DNA from: Pseudomonadota bacterium
Lineage (GTDB): Bacteria; Bdellovibrionota; UBA1018; CAIMNF01
Assembly (NCBI GenBank): GCA_027486675.1
Contig: JAIXOQ010000017.1
Location: forward strand, 188,231-252,230
Reading direction: 5' to 3'
Length of the DNA: 64,000 nt
In this document: positions 9,424 through 19,309 of the stretch, piece after piece
Layout: every line of letters begins with the position of its first letter
Position numbering within the stretch: position 1 is the stretch's first letter
Notes under the pieces: model-generated
What the model was told of the DNA's origin: nothing
The model's database searches: none
What the model saw: the letters and a program-made list of their open reading frames with translations, nothing else
Translations under genes and position numbers: made by a program

Positions 9424-10650
9424 ATGAATAAAATTAAAGTCAAAAATCCAGTGGTAGAACTCGACGGCGATGAGATGACACGAGTCATCTGGAAATTCAT
9501 CAAAGATAAGCTCATCCTTCCCTACCTGGACCTCACGATCGACTATTACGACCTCGGCATGGAAAATCGCGACAAAACAAACGATCAAGTGACCATTGAT
9601 TCGGCAAATGCGATCAAGAAACACCAAGTCGGCATCAAGTGCGCAACCATCACTCCAGATGAAGCGCGCGTCAAAGAATTTGGCCTTAAGGAAATGTGGA
9701 AATCTCCAAACGGAACCATCCGCAATATTTTGGACGGAACTGTCTTCCGTGAACCGATTGTATGTAAAAACATCCCTCGCTTAGTTCCAAACTGGAAAGC
9801 GCCGATCATCATTGGACGGCACGCTTACGGGGACCAGTACCGGGCAACGAACACCACCGTGAAGGGTAAAGGCAAACTCACGATGACTTTCACCCCTACC
9901 GATGGCAGCGCACCCAAGACTTGGGATGTCTTCGACTTCAAAGGTGACGGTGTGGCCATGGCGATGTATAACACCGACGAATCCATCCAAGGATTTGCTC
10001 GGGCTTGTTTTAACATTGCTTTGACAAAAGGCTGGCCACTTTATTTCAGCTCAAAAAACACCATTCTCAAACAATACGACGGACGGTTTAAGGACATTTT
10101 TGAAGAGATTTACCAAAAGGAATTTAAAGGTCAGTTCGAAGCGAAGAAAATCACTTACGAACACCGATTGATCGACGACATGGTTGCAAGCGCTCTCAAG
10201 ATGCATGGCGAATTCGTTTGGGCTTGTAAGAACTACGATGGCGATGTTCAATCCGACATCGTCGCACAGGGGTTTGGCTCTTTAGGGCTGATGACCTCGG
10301 TTCTCCTGACTCCAGACGGCAAAGTCTTAGAGGCCGAAGCCGCACACGGGACCGTGACGCGCCACTTCCGCCAGCATCAGCAGGGAAAACCCACCTCTAC
10401 AAATCCTATCGCTTCTATCTTCGCATGGACCCGAGGCTTGGCGTTCCGGGCGAAGCTGGATGGCAACCAGGAACTCGATCGCTTCTGCGCCACACTCGAG
10501 CGCGTTTGCGTTGAGGCGGTTGAGGCAGGACAGATGACTAAAGATTTAGCTGTGTGCATCCACGGTGAAAAGGTTGAGGCTAGCCACTATCTGACGACAG
10601 AGAAGTTTTTGGACGCGCTCAATGTTCGTTTAGCCAAAGCGATGTCCTAA
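9424..10650 (+). CDS. icd: NADP-dependent isocitrate dehydrogenase (eukaryote-like dimeric type)
   Basis: [45 protein letters not shown] before ATG 9424. Confidence 0.97.
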   Translation: MNKIKVKNPVVELDGDEMTRVIWKFIKDKLILPYLDLTIDYYDLGMENRDKTNDQVTIDSANAIKKHQVGIKCATITPDEARVKEFGLKEMWKSPNGTIRNILDGTVFREPIVCKNIPRLVPNWKAPIIIGRHAYGDQYRATNTTVKGKGKLTMTFTPTDGSAPKTWDVFDFKGDGVAMAMYNTDESIQGFARACFNIALTKGWPLYFSSKNTILKQYDGRFKDIFEEIYQKEFKGQFEAKKITYEHRLIDDMVASALKMHGEFVWACKNYDGDVQSDIVAQGFGSLGLMTSVLLTPDGKVLEAEAAHGTVTRHFRQHQQGKPTSTNPIASIFAWTRGLAFRAKLDGNQELDRFCATLERVCVEAVEAGQMTKDLAVCIHGEKVEASHYLTTEKFLDALNVRLAKAMS

Positions 10651-10668
10651 AGTCCCGCATTTTAGGAG

Positions 10669-11412
10669 CTAAAACGGCTTGCTCTTAGACAATAGAACTG
10701 GGGAATAAAGGTCCTCACTTAAGGGAATCTGACATTCACGGGGGTCTACTTCCCCATGATCCCTAAACTCCACCTCGGCTCGAATGAGCGCTAAGGGCCG
10801 AGACTCATTGCCTTCACCCATGCAAAAGACCGCCGCAGTTGCCAGGGCGTCAGCGACGTTGATACGCGTCATCTTAAGTTTGCGCCCAAAAAGATCGGGC
10901 GTACCCACACGGCTAAAGATGCCATTGAAGCCCGAATAGGAAAGAGCCGTCCCCGTCACCCCTGCGCGAAGCGGCGTGGTTTTTGAGTCCGTAAGAATGA
11001 CCCCGAAATGTTTGAGCCCAAACTGAGAGGCAATCGCGTCGCGGATTTTTTTTGCCTCTAAGAATGGATCCTCTGGATAAAGGATATAGAAGTCGCCTTC
11101 GGCATTGGATTCATCGATGCCAGCCGATGGAATAAAGAGGCCGTGCTTGATGGTCAGAAAGACTCCGTACCCCACAGCGCCCAGAAAAATATCGCTCTCT
11201 TGACGCACGAGCTCTTCCTTACCAATCGACCCCTTGGCCACAATGCGACCGAGCGCCAAGGATACAATCTTTGAGGTGACAGCTAGGACTGCGCCCTCTA
11301 GATCGGAGGCAACCAATCGTTCGCGGCCCAGCGCTAGGAAAATGAAGGAGTTGAGGTCCTCCCCTACGCGAAGTATCGGTGTGTGAATTGCCCGGACCAT
11401 GAGCGAGCTCAT
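10669..11412 (-). CDS. CofE-like gamma-glutamyl ligase (putative alternative folylpolyglutamate synthase, FolC2-type)
   Basis: 'VTSKIVS', 'PSAGIDESN', 'GVILTDS', 'DLFGR', 'GEG.E..P' CofE-family motifs; ATGA-coupled to folKP. Confidence 0.85.
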   Translation of the reverse strand: MSSLMVRAIHTPILRVGEDLNSFIFLALGRERLVASDLEGAVLAVTSKIVSLALGRIVAKGSIGKEELVRQESDIFLGAVGYGVFLTIKHGLFIPSAGIDESNAEGDFYILYPEDPFLEAKKIRDAIASQFGLKHFGVILTDSKTTPLRAGVTGTALSYSGFNGIFSRVGTPDLFGRKLKMTRINVADALATAAVFCMGEGNESRPLALIRAEVEFRDHGEVDPRECQIPLSEDLYSPVLLSKSKPF

Positions 11413-12674
11413 CGGCTATGCGCCCACGCTAAGATGGCACGGTGGTGTAGAACAGGATCATGAACGCGCAAGATCTCAACACCTCGTCCGAGTAGGCCGA
11501 GTGATATCCCTAAGGTCTCAGCGTCTCTTTCTGAAGCAGAAGCGCTGGTGAAGTCACTCATGAATGACTTCCTAGAATGCGCAGACAGCACTGGAAGCGA
11601 GAACTTTCTCAGAGCATCAATCGCTTTTAATATTCGGACCGCCTGCAGAGAGTGTTTTCCAAAACCAAAGCCCGGATCAAGAATCACTCTTGAACTTGAG
11701 ATTCCCTCCTTTTCAAGTTGTTCCAACCGGATTTCAAACCACTTGAGCAGCTGATCCATCGGATGCTCTTTTTCTGTCAGCACATCTTGGGGTTGCGGTG
11801 GAACAGAAAGGCTATGCATCAAAACCACCTGCACGTTTGAACCTTTCAAAACCTCGATCATCTCTGGATCCCGTAAGCCGCTGACGTCGTTAATTAAATC
11901 TGCACCCATTTCAATCGCACGCGCTGCAGTGATCCCCCACCGTGTATCAACGCTGATTTTGGGGCGAAGGATCTTCCCGGCATAACGACCTTTCAGTTGC
12001 TTCAGAGGAGGCACCAACCGCTCCCACTCCTCTGCGGTACTGAGCTCTTGACTGCCCGGCCGTGTCGATTCCGCACCAATATCAATCCACCCGAGGGGAA
12101 TCGCATCCCAACGATCGAGTGTCCTTTCAATCTGCTCAGTACTTCGATTGAGGCCCGGGTCAGAGAATGAATCTGGGGTTACATTGAGAATCCCCATGAG
12201 TGAGGGTTGATGCCGCGCATGCGAACGCGCTTGATCAATGATCCGTTTCCCCATAAATGAATAGCGCGGCGCAATTTCCGCCCAAGGGTCTAATACAAAA
12301 GCTCTTTCCAAACAGCTTGGATGCGGGAGGGTTAACTGCTCCTCTTCTTGGACAACGCCATCCACTTCAAGAATATCGATGTCGATTGTACGAGGTGCCC
12401 ATTTCACTAATCGTTCACGTTTTAAGGACTCTTCGATTGAGGCACAAGCGGAAAGAAGCGCCTCCGGGGTTCCTGAGTAGCGACCTTCAAGCACAAGATT
12501 TAAGAACGGACGATTAAAGGCTTGAGGTGCATTTGGAAGAAGCAGTGCCGGTGATTCGCGAAGAGATGAGATGCGTTTGACTTCGAGGACCTCACCGAGT
12601 CGCTTGATCGCGATTTCAAGATTCTGTGCACGATCCTCTAAATTGGAGCCTAGGCCCAAAAAGACTTTAGCCAT
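11409..12674 (-). CDS. folKP: Bifunctional HPPK / dihydropteroate synthase (FolK-FolP fusion)
   Basis: FolK motifs LGLGSNL, PRTIDIDIL, LPHP; FolP motifs MGILNVTPDSFSD, IDIGAESTRPG, INDVSG, DPGFGF, SRKS, LRVHD. Confidence 0.95.
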   Translation of the reverse strand: MAKVFLGLGSNLEDRAQNLEIAIKRLGEVLEVKRISSLRESPALLLPNAPQAFNRPFLNLVLEGRYSGTPEALLSACASIEESLKRERLVKWAPRTIDIDILEVDGVVQEEEQLTLPHPSCLERAFVLDPWAEIAPRYSFMGKRIIDQARSHARHQPSLMGILNVTPDSFSDPGLNRSTEQIERTLDRWDAIPLGWIDIGAESTRPGSQELSTAEEWERLVPPLKQLKGRYAGKILRPKISVDTRWGITAARAIEMGADLINDVSGLRDPEMIEVLKGSNVQVVLMHSLSVPPQPQDVLTEKEHPMDQLLKWFEIRLEQLEKEGISSSRVILDPGFGFGKHSLQAVRILKAIDALRKFSLPVLSAHSRKSFMSDFTSASASERDAETLGISLGLLGRGVEILRVHDPVLHHRAILAWAHSR

Positions 12675-13035
12675 CGCTTCGTAACTCGTCTTCGTAAGTG
12701 ACTCCACCGAGCAATCCATCGATTGGGGGACGAACTTTGTGGAGCGTCAATACGACGCTAGTATCACGCTTGAGATGTGGGCGGACCGACGCTGCGGCAG
12801 CAGTCCACATCGCTTCGATAGTTGCGAATGGACGACCCTTCACAGCGGCAGAAATTGAATCACAGACCTCCCCGTAACAAATGGTGTGGGCGAGTTCATC
12901 CGACTGACAGGCCTCGGGTGGGATAGGAAAAACAAAACTCAAAGAGAAACGAACCTCTTGAAGCAGCGCGCGCTCGGCCGGCGTGCAACCGAGGTTCACA
13001 GAGACTGAAAACTGATTTACCGAGAGTTTGGCCAT
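12667..13035 (-). CDS. folB: Dihydroneopterin aldolase
   Basis: 'LGCTPAER...Q', 'SDELAHTICY', 'TIE', 'K..PPI'; directly upstream of folKP. Confidence 0.85.
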   Translation of the reverse strand: MAKLSVNQFSVSVNLGCTPAERALLQEVRFSLSFVFPIPPEACQSDELAHTICYGEVCDSISAAVKGRPFATIEAMWTAAAASVRPHLKRDTSVVLTLHKVRPPIDGLLGGVTYEDELRSDG

Positions 13036-13039
13036 GATT

Positions 13040-14185
13040 TCATTCTCTTTTTTTGAACTGCATTTCAAGCGAGGACTCAAGAACCGCGCTCAGCCTTAGG
13101 ATGTCTCCGACAGATATTTTACCTTTAAACCAAGAAGGGAGCTGGCCTAAGCGGGTGTGCAGAGTTTTTGGAGTCATGAGCACACCTTGATTCATCCGCA
13201 CTTGGGTCAGGGCGAGAAAAAAGGTGCCGATGGTGTTCTGATCCTTTGCTGTGAGCGAGAAAGTACCTCCGTGCTCAGCCTGTGAGATGGCTGTTGTGAG
13301 TGCACGGTAAAGATACTCGTGATTTGAAAGAAGAGCTATGGCGTCAAATGCATGAGTACTCACCCCGTGCCTGTGCTCCACGACAAATCCACTCAAAGGT
13401 TTAAACTCAGATGAAAGAGATGGGACTAACCAGTAAAGAGCATTTGCGGCTCGTCTTACATCAAACTCAAACTCGTTCTCACCAAATAGATCTAAATTTC
13501 CGCGGAATCGGATTGTTTTTTCTGTGTCTGAGGTCGTCACGTGAATGTATGCAAAGGGCAATCCAGCTAAAGCGGCTCGCTTCAATCCGCCGGGTTCATC
13601 TAACACAGGGATGTACGAGATTTGCGTAGCGGCTTGGCCGATGGATTGGCCTAAGCTCAGCATAAATCTCTTCCGCCATTCCCCTACGGGGTCTGCGGCC
13701 TCAGCGATAGTCGGATTGGGTACTCCGACCGGGTCCTGATCAGTCAAGAGCTGTGGGTTCAATAACGCGTGGCCAATGAGTGCTAACTCAAGACCTGGAT
13801 CAAGCGCCTGAAAGTACTCATGCTTTAAAAGCATGCGATTGATCTCAAGTAGACGCCTCAAGAATGGACTTTGCACAGGAAGAACAGGGCCAGCCTTATC
13901 AACCTTGGTTTTTAGCTCGCGAATATATTCCTGATAGCGTAGGCCTATCGCTACTGGAACAGTAAACTTTGCCCTACGGGTTAAGACCTCTACGGTGTGA
14001 AGGATCGCTTCAATCTCGAGCGGATCAACGAAACCTTCGCCTTGCGCCAAACGTGCACACTTCAGCTGGAATGCGAGTTGATCATGGACTGGAGAAACAG
14101 AGTCATCCGCTGCAAGAGAAGGCAGAACGAAAAAAAGGGAAAGAAAGAAAACGACTTGTAAGCATCCGCCCGAGCACTTCCCCAT
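13040..14185 (-). CDS. Hypothetical secreted protein
   Basis: 381-aa ORF with hydrophobic signal-like N-terminus ending 'PSLA'; 4 nt upstream of folB. Confidence 0.7.
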   Translation of the reverse strand: MGKCSGGCLQVVFFLSLFFVLPSLAADDSVSPVHDQLAFQLKCARLAQGEGFVDPLEIEAILHTVEVLTRRAKFTVPVAIGLRYQEYIRELKTKVDKAGPVLPVQSPFLRRLLEINRMLLKHEYFQALDPGLELALIGHALLNPQLLTDQDPVGVPNPTIAEAADPVGEWRKRFMLSLGQSIGQAATQISYIPVLDEPGGLKRAALAGLPFAYIHVTTSDTEKTIRFRGNLDLFGENEFEFDVRRAANALYWLVPSLSSEFKPLSGFVVEHRHGVSTHAFDAIALLSNHEYLYRALTTAISQAEHGGTFSLTAKDQNTIGTFFLALTQVRMNQGVLMTPKTLHTRLGQLPSWFKGKISVGDILRLSAVLESSLEMQFKKRE

Positions 14186-14249
14186 GCCTCAAAACAGTCA
14201 AGCCAGGACGGCATTCCGTCAATCGCTTAACCTTTACTATTGAGTCATC

Positions 14250-14525
14250 TTAAGCTGTTTTTCTGCGCGCCTTTTTCTTCTTTTTGGCGTGTTTCGCTTT
14301 TTTATTTTTCTTCGCATGTTTTGCGTGCTTCTTCTTTTTGCCAGTATGGGATTTCTGAGCCGGCTGCGCTGCCTCAGCTGTTGCCTCGGGCGAAGCATCA
14401 CCCATGGGTGCTGTTTGCCCTGCATCCCCTGCCTCAGTCGGGAGTGCTCCGTCTTCGGAATATGCTGGGACTGCCATCAACAAACACAGAACAACACTTC
14501 CAAGGCTAACTTTTAAATTTTTCAT
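14250..14525 (-). CDS. Small secreted protein with Lys/His/Ala-rich basic tail (Asr/histone-like)
   Basis: Signal peptide ending AYS, acidic Ala/Pro linker, tail 'KKKKHAKHAKKNKKAKHAKKKKKARRK'. Confidence 0.75.
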   Translation of the reverse strand: MKNLKVSLGSVVLCLLMAVPAYSEDGALPTEAGDAGQTAPMGDASPEATAEAAQPAQKSHTGKKKKHAKHAKKNKKAKHAKKKKKARRKTA

Positions 14526-14574
14526 AGGTGGGTCTCAAGATCCTTTATAGTAAATTAATATAACGGAGTCACTC

Positions 14575-15486
14575 ATGCAACCTAAGCGCAGACAGATCCC
14601 TTGGACAGCCCCTCTCTTCATCGCAATGCTTTTTGCAGGTTGCGCAAAGAAGACCACAGACACGACAACCGACATAGCCGAGCCTGCACAGCAGATTGCA
14701 GACGTCATGGCGTCCATCGACGAGGTTGCCGGAGCCTCTGGTAGCTACCTCGTAAAAGTGCCGGATCTTTCCACCAAGCGACTCTTTGCCCGCTACAACG
14801 TTGAGACAGCCCCCAATCTTTCTTTCGTCCCGACTGCGAATGCTGCCTCCTGCGCTTCCGCAGGTAGCGGTGCATTTACGACTTCAGGATCTAGCCCCTG
14901 TGTCCTCACTCGAACTTTCAATGTTTGTACAATTGGCTTTGGGACCTTTGTTGGAAATGTTGAGATGACGTTTTCAGGCGCAACCTGCAAATTAGCCTCG
15001 AATGGCCAATCTGTGGTGAGGGCACCCGAATTTCAGGTCACCGGCCTCAGAGACTCTCTGTTAACTGTATCTGTGCCAGCAGGAGCAAGTCCCGCAGGCC
15101 AGCAAATTTCTAGGATCAGCGCGACTGAATACACATTCACGAATGGAGGGATTCAACGGGTATTTACCAAGGATGGCAACACGGTGTTCGACTTCACAAC
15201 CACGACGACTTCAGCAATTAGCCTGTCCGGTGCCATTCGCTCAAATCGTGTGCTGAGTGGAGGTTCCCTCCGAGTCACCAACAATGTCAGCGGTCGGACC
15301 TGCGACTATGTTCCGACCAATGTGACTTGGGGCAGCACATGCAATTGCCCGACTTCCGGGTCTTGGACAGGAAGCTGTTCAGATGGAACCTCAACAACCC
15401 TCAACATCACAGGCTGCGGAAGCGGTACATTCACAATCGGTACGGATACAAACTCGGTCAGTTTTGATCGATGCTATTTGATCTAG
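14575..15486 (+). CDS. Cys/Thr/Gly-rich beta-structured lipoprotein, unknown function
   Basis: Lipobox LFAG-C; several Cys, TG/SG-rich strands; SD GGAG. Confidence 0.8.
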   Translation: MQPKRRQIPWTAPLFIAMLFAGCAKKTTDTTTDIAEPAQQIADVMASIDEVAGASGSYLVKVPDLSTKRLFARYNVETAPNLSFVPTANAASCASAGSGAFTTSGSSPCVLTRTFNVCTIGFGTFVGNVEMTFSGATCKLASNGQSVVRAPEFQVTGLRDSLLTVSVPAGASPAGQQISRISATEYTFTNGGIQRVFTKDGNTVFDFTTTTTSAISLSGAIRSNRVLSGGSLRVTNNVSGRTCDYVPTNVTWGSTCNCPTSGSWTGSCSDGTSTTLNITGCGSGTFTIGTDTNSVSFDRCYLI

Positions 15487-16514
15487 TCGATTCTGATACG
15501 GTTACGCGCAAGTTCAAATGCGGTCAGAAGCAGAGTCGGGAATCTTGGCGCACCCTTACGCCCGAGCCTCTGAAGGCGACCGTATTGCCACCACCGTGGC
15601 CTGACATAAATCAGCACTGCCGATGGATTCTCTTTTCTGATTTCCCGTAAAGCTTGTGCATCCTTCACATGCACCACCTTTTTGGCAAGGATGCGGCCCA
15701 CAAATGCCTGCTCTAAGGACTGATCGAAGTCCACAAGAACTACAGTGCGTGGATCGACTGCATGATGCTGGTGGGTCTGCCCCTGATTCAATCGCTCCTG
15801 CATCACGAGCGGATGAGGACCTAAATAGGGCGCAACTGGCTCTTTGGCATCGGAACTTTTCGAGCGCTCTCGCACATGACCGATCGTTTTTTCGGTGTGG
15901 TACCAATGGTGAAAGTCGTGTTTTTTAAGCTCCCACGCTTCTTTCTTTCTCACGTGCCCATAGTGGAATACACAGACCTCAGAATCGTAGATCTTCTGAC
16001 ACCCTGAAAAACTCTGCGCGTCTCCAGAACTTTGGATCCCCTGATTCAAGCGGATGCACCGAATCTCTGTCGGATACCAACGTTTTGCGATCGCAATCTG
16101 ATCTGGAGTGGCCCAGAAATGCAAATACCGAAAACGGATTGCATCAGCGCCGCAAGTTTCGGCGGCTTTTAGATCATTTTTTAGTTTCTCAAAATCCCAC
16201 TCGCCGATCACCTCATCACACTGCAGATAGAGCCCCCAGGCCGAAGCTTGCGGATGCGCTTGTTCTAAGGCAGATAACGCAACATTAGTCTGCTGCGATA
16301 ATATTTTTCCGCCTGACCGCAAGGATTCATCCCAAACAGTAGGCATAATTCTGATTTTCGGATCCTTCGGAATATTCACGGCTGTTTGGTCTTCAGAATC
16401 CCCAAGAGCCAGGTAGACCTCCTGGCAAAGGGAAGCCAAAGTCAGAAGAGTCTCTTTGAATGGGTAGTCGTATTTCACGCCATTCCTAAGAAAGGTGAAC
16501 CCGTAAAGCATCAC
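15483..16514 (-). CDS. Glycosyltransferase family 2-like protein
   Basis: 'GFTFLRNGVKYDYP', 'GDSEDQT', 'QQTNVAL', 'YLQCDE' (DxD-like), 'FHYGHVR'. Confidence 0.8.
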   Translation of the reverse strand: MMLYGFTFLRNGVKYDYPFKETLLTLASLCQEVYLALGDSEDQTAVNIPKDPKIRIMPTVWDESLRSGGKILSQQTNVALSALEQAHPQASAWGLYLQCDEVIGEWDFEKLKNDLKAAETCGADAIRFRYLHFWATPDQIAIAKRWYPTEIRCIRLNQGIQSSGDAQSFSGCQKIYDSEVCVFHYGHVRKKEAWELKKHDFHHWYHTEKTIGHVRERSKSSDAKEPVAPYLGPHPLVMQERLNQGQTHQHHAVDPRTVVLVDFDQSLEQAFVGRILAKKVVHVKDAQALREIRKENPSAVLIYVRPRWWQYGRLQRLGRKGAPRFPTLLLTAFELARNRIRID

Positions 16515-17854
16515 AGCGGGAAATTCATTTCTTCAATGAGCATGCCAGGACAGAAAGCGCCTCCCACGGAGCGATGCACATAGGTCTGATTGAGCGGGCA
16601 CCACTCTGCCTTATCCCGCACCGCCATCAATCCTTTGCCCCAAATATGGAAGATGGACTCGTCAAACCGAAGGTCCTCAATGCCAGAGTGCAATTTGCCG
16701 TTCTTGACTAAAAACGCAGCGTGGCGAGTCATTCCTGTCATTCTCCCGTCTTGAAGATCACTCCAGTTCAGGTAATGCAGAGCAGGTAAATACAGACCGT
16801 CTTCCAGCTGACTCAGAATATCGTCTTCCTTCAGTTTCCCTGGCGCTAAAGAAAGCGACCTTGGCGTTTCAGATTCAGACGCGCCGTTGCTCTGGACGCC
16901 AAACTCCTTTTCCGTTCGCTTCCCGCAAAGCGCAGCATTGAGTCTGCCCTCTTTCAAAAGGTCCAAACGATCAGGCGCCACTTCTCCACCATCCGAAAAT
17001 CGCGGCACTAAACCATGGGTCAGATCGTCACTCAGAGAAACTAGCGGACTTAGGGTGCGCTCTAAGGTCTTTAAGTGCCTCAGCCAAGTTTGCTTCCGCT
17101 GAATGGCCCCTTCAGAGAGGGAACCGTATGAAAGAAGATCTAAGAGATCACTAATCGCGCCCGATTTCAGAAAAACACGGTATTTGCCGGGCGCTAGTCG
17201 AACAGGGACTTTTTCTTCAAGGATCGATCGCCTCAAACGATCATCAGAAATCTTTTTTAAATACAGGTCGTCATCCCACTCAGAGCCTGCATAGGATCCG
17301 GTCACGGCTTTTTTCCTAGAGGAAATGAGTGAATAATCGACAAGAAATGAATCGCTTTGGAAGACATTCCTCTGCGACATGCTATTCCAATAGCAACGCT
17401 TCACTTGGCCTGATGCACTGATGCCCACAAATTCTTCTCCGCTTATAGGAGAGAGAATTTTTTCAGCGATCTCGTGGGGCTCAAGAAGGCGTCCCACCAA
17501 GATTTGCTCAGTGGATGCAAGCCTCTGAGGTAGCACAGCAAAAGGATCCACCGGTATGGAGGTCAGCAAAGTCCTAAGTCGCGAGATTTCCTGCAAAACT
17601 CTGGATTCAACTTGAGACTGATCTATTGCGCCCAGTTGAAGTTCAGAAGAAGTCTTCTGAATGCCATCCCTGTCATTCCGGAAAAGCGTTATGCGCAACG
17701 AAGATTCGCGAACCAGGCCCGACTGCCTGACCTTCCCGGAATTAAACCGAAGATAGTGCGAGGATTCACCGACATAGTAGGCTTCGCACACTTCCGCTGC
17801 ATTGAGGGTTTTGAAAGCTTTGCTCAGGGCCTGATCTAAATTTTCTGTACTCAT
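16511..17854 (-). CDS. tldE: TldE/PmbA family protein
   Basis: 'LAPGKYRVFL', 'FSDGGE', 'LHYLNWSD', 'TGMTR', 'LRFDES'; ATGA-coupled to tldD. Confidence 0.85.
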   Translation of the reverse strand: MSTENLDQALSKAFKTLNAAEVCEAYYVGESSHYLRFNSGKVRQSGLVRESSLRITLFRNDRDGIQKTSSELQLGAIDQSQVESRVLQEISRLRTLLTSIPVDPFAVLPQRLASTEQILVGRLLEPHEIAEKILSPISGEEFVGISASGQVKRCYWNSMSQRNVFQSDSFLVDYSLISSRKKAVTGSYAGSEWDDDLYLKKISDDRLRRSILEEKVPVRLAPGKYRVFLKSGAISDLLDLLSYGSLSEGAIQRKQTWLRHLKTLERTLSPLVSLSDDLTHGLVPRFSDGGEVAPDRLDLLKEGRLNAALCGKRTEKEFGVQSNGASESETPRSLSLAPGKLKEDDILSQLEDGLYLPALHYLNWSDLQDGRMTGMTRHAAFLVKNGKLHSGIEDLRFDESIFHIWGKGLMAVRDKAEWCPLNQTYVHRSVGGAFCPGMLIEEMNFPL

Positions 17855-19281
17855 CCCTGACCTCCGAAGGTTTCAATATTGCGAAACACACATGCAGGCG
17901 AAGCATGGCCGACTCGGATCATCTGGTTGGGTTCAGCCTTTCCGCAGTTTGGGGTGCCGTAGACTTGAAATGTCTCTTGATTCCCAACATCAGAAAGCGA
18001 CATCCAAAAATCCTTGGAAACGCCCCGGTATCCTGGGTTACGCACGACTTCAGCGAGCTTCCCGTTTCGGATTCTTCTGCCGTATTCACAACCAAATTGA
18101 AATTTATTGCGATAGTCATCAATCGACCAGGATCGATTGGAGGACATAAGTACGCCATCCTCGATGGAACGCAAAAGCTCTGAGAAGGTCCGATTGCCTG
18201 GCTCGATATTCAGATTCGCCATGCGATCTAAGGGCGGCCGATTCCAACCGCTGGAGCGCGCATTTGCAACACCTGGTACCTTCGCTCGTGCGATGGACTC
18301 CAAACTTCCCAAACCCCGAAGAAGCTTCCCATTCTTAATCAAGAATTCTTTCTTTGCCTCGTGACCGACGTCATCAAAGCGGTAACTTGCGAACTCTTCT
18401 TCAATCGTCGGATCAAAGGTCACATTTAAAACCTCTGACCCATATTGAAGAGATCCAAAATCCGACAGTTGCACAAAGCTAGATCCTGCGTAGTTGCGTT
18501 CATCGCCTAATATTCGGTCCAACTCCAGCGGATGGCCGATGCTTTCATGAATCTGAAGCATCATCTGATCGGGCATCAAAAGAAGATCAAACTTTCCATC
18601 AGGACAAGGGGCTGCATGCAGCAATTCCTTTAACTCCTCACGTACCTGATCTATGGCCGAGTCTGTTACGCCTGCAAGGAGAGAGTCCCCGCCTTGGCGA
18701 CTTTGCGCTCTAAATCCTCCAAGACTTCGGGTTTGGGTTACAGGACCGCGACTTCCGGTTGCTTGTGCTTGAAAGGAGAAGAATCTCTGGGATCTTAGAA
18801 AGTTTGCCCCCCGCGTATCCATGAAACGCTGAGTGGTTTTAGTCGTGATCATCGTTGCTTCCGAATCGATGACTTCGGGGTCGAGCTTGAGTCTTGCGGA
18901 AATGGAATTGAGACGCTCCCAAACGAGAGCCTCATCAAGCCCCGGTTCATTAAACCCAAGGCCAACTTCAATATCCACACCCATTCCACGATGAATTTTT
19001 GGATCAAAGTAAAATGCGCCTCGCGTGCGAGCGGCTCTGGCTAGGGACCGCGCACTCTGTAATGCCCATTCTAAATCCTGCGGTTGCTCCCCCGGGCATG
19101 CTGCATAGCCAAAGCCACCATCTTCTGAGACCTCAACCATGAAGCCCAAATTCTGTTCCTCACTGCGGCTATCGAATGCGCCATTTCGAGAGGCGCGTAC
19201 CAGCACGTCCTCTTTTACGGTTCTTAAGCTGGCCCACTGCAAAGAAGGACGTTTGGAAAGGTCGAGGAATTGTTTTTCCAT
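17851..19281 (-). CDS. tldD: TldD family metalloprotease
   Basis: HExxxH 'IHESIGHPLELDR', 'DRMANLN', C-terminal 'CGK.EP.Q...GH'. Start set at ATG 19281. Confidence 0.92.
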   Translation of the reverse strand: MEKQFLDLSKRPSLQWASLRTVKEDVLVRASRNGAFDSRSEEQNLGFMVEVSEDGGFGYAACPGEQPQDLEWALQSARSLARAARTRGAFYFDPKIHRGMGVDIEVGLGFNEPGLDEALVWERLNSISARLKLDPEVIDSEATMITTKTTQRFMDTRGANFLRSQRFFSFQAQATGSRGPVTQTRSLGGFRAQSRQGGDSLLAGVTDSAIDQVREELKELLHAAPCPDGKFDLLLMPDQMMLQIHESIGHPLELDRILGDERNYAGSSFVQLSDFGSLQYGSEVLNVTFDPTIEEEFASYRFDDVGHEAKKEFLIKNGKLLRGLGSLESIARAKVPGVANARSSGWNRPPLDRMANLNIEPGNRTFSELLRSIEDGVLMSSNRSWSIDDYRNKFQFGCEYGRRIRNGKLAEVVRNPGYRGVSKDFWMSLSDVGNQETFQVYGTPNCGKAEPNQMIRVGHASPACVFRNIETFGGQG

Positions 19282-19309
19282 ACCTTCCAAGCTAACAAGG
19301 CTTGGGATC

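Noticed and set aside
10669..11412. Coenzyme F420 biosynthesis
   Set aside because: No other F420 genes in the window; coupling to folKP favours a folate role.
14237..14516. Three alternative ORFs overlapping the basic secreted protein
   Set aside because: By-products of low-complexity Lys/Ala codons; only 14250-14525 has a signal peptide and coherent composition.
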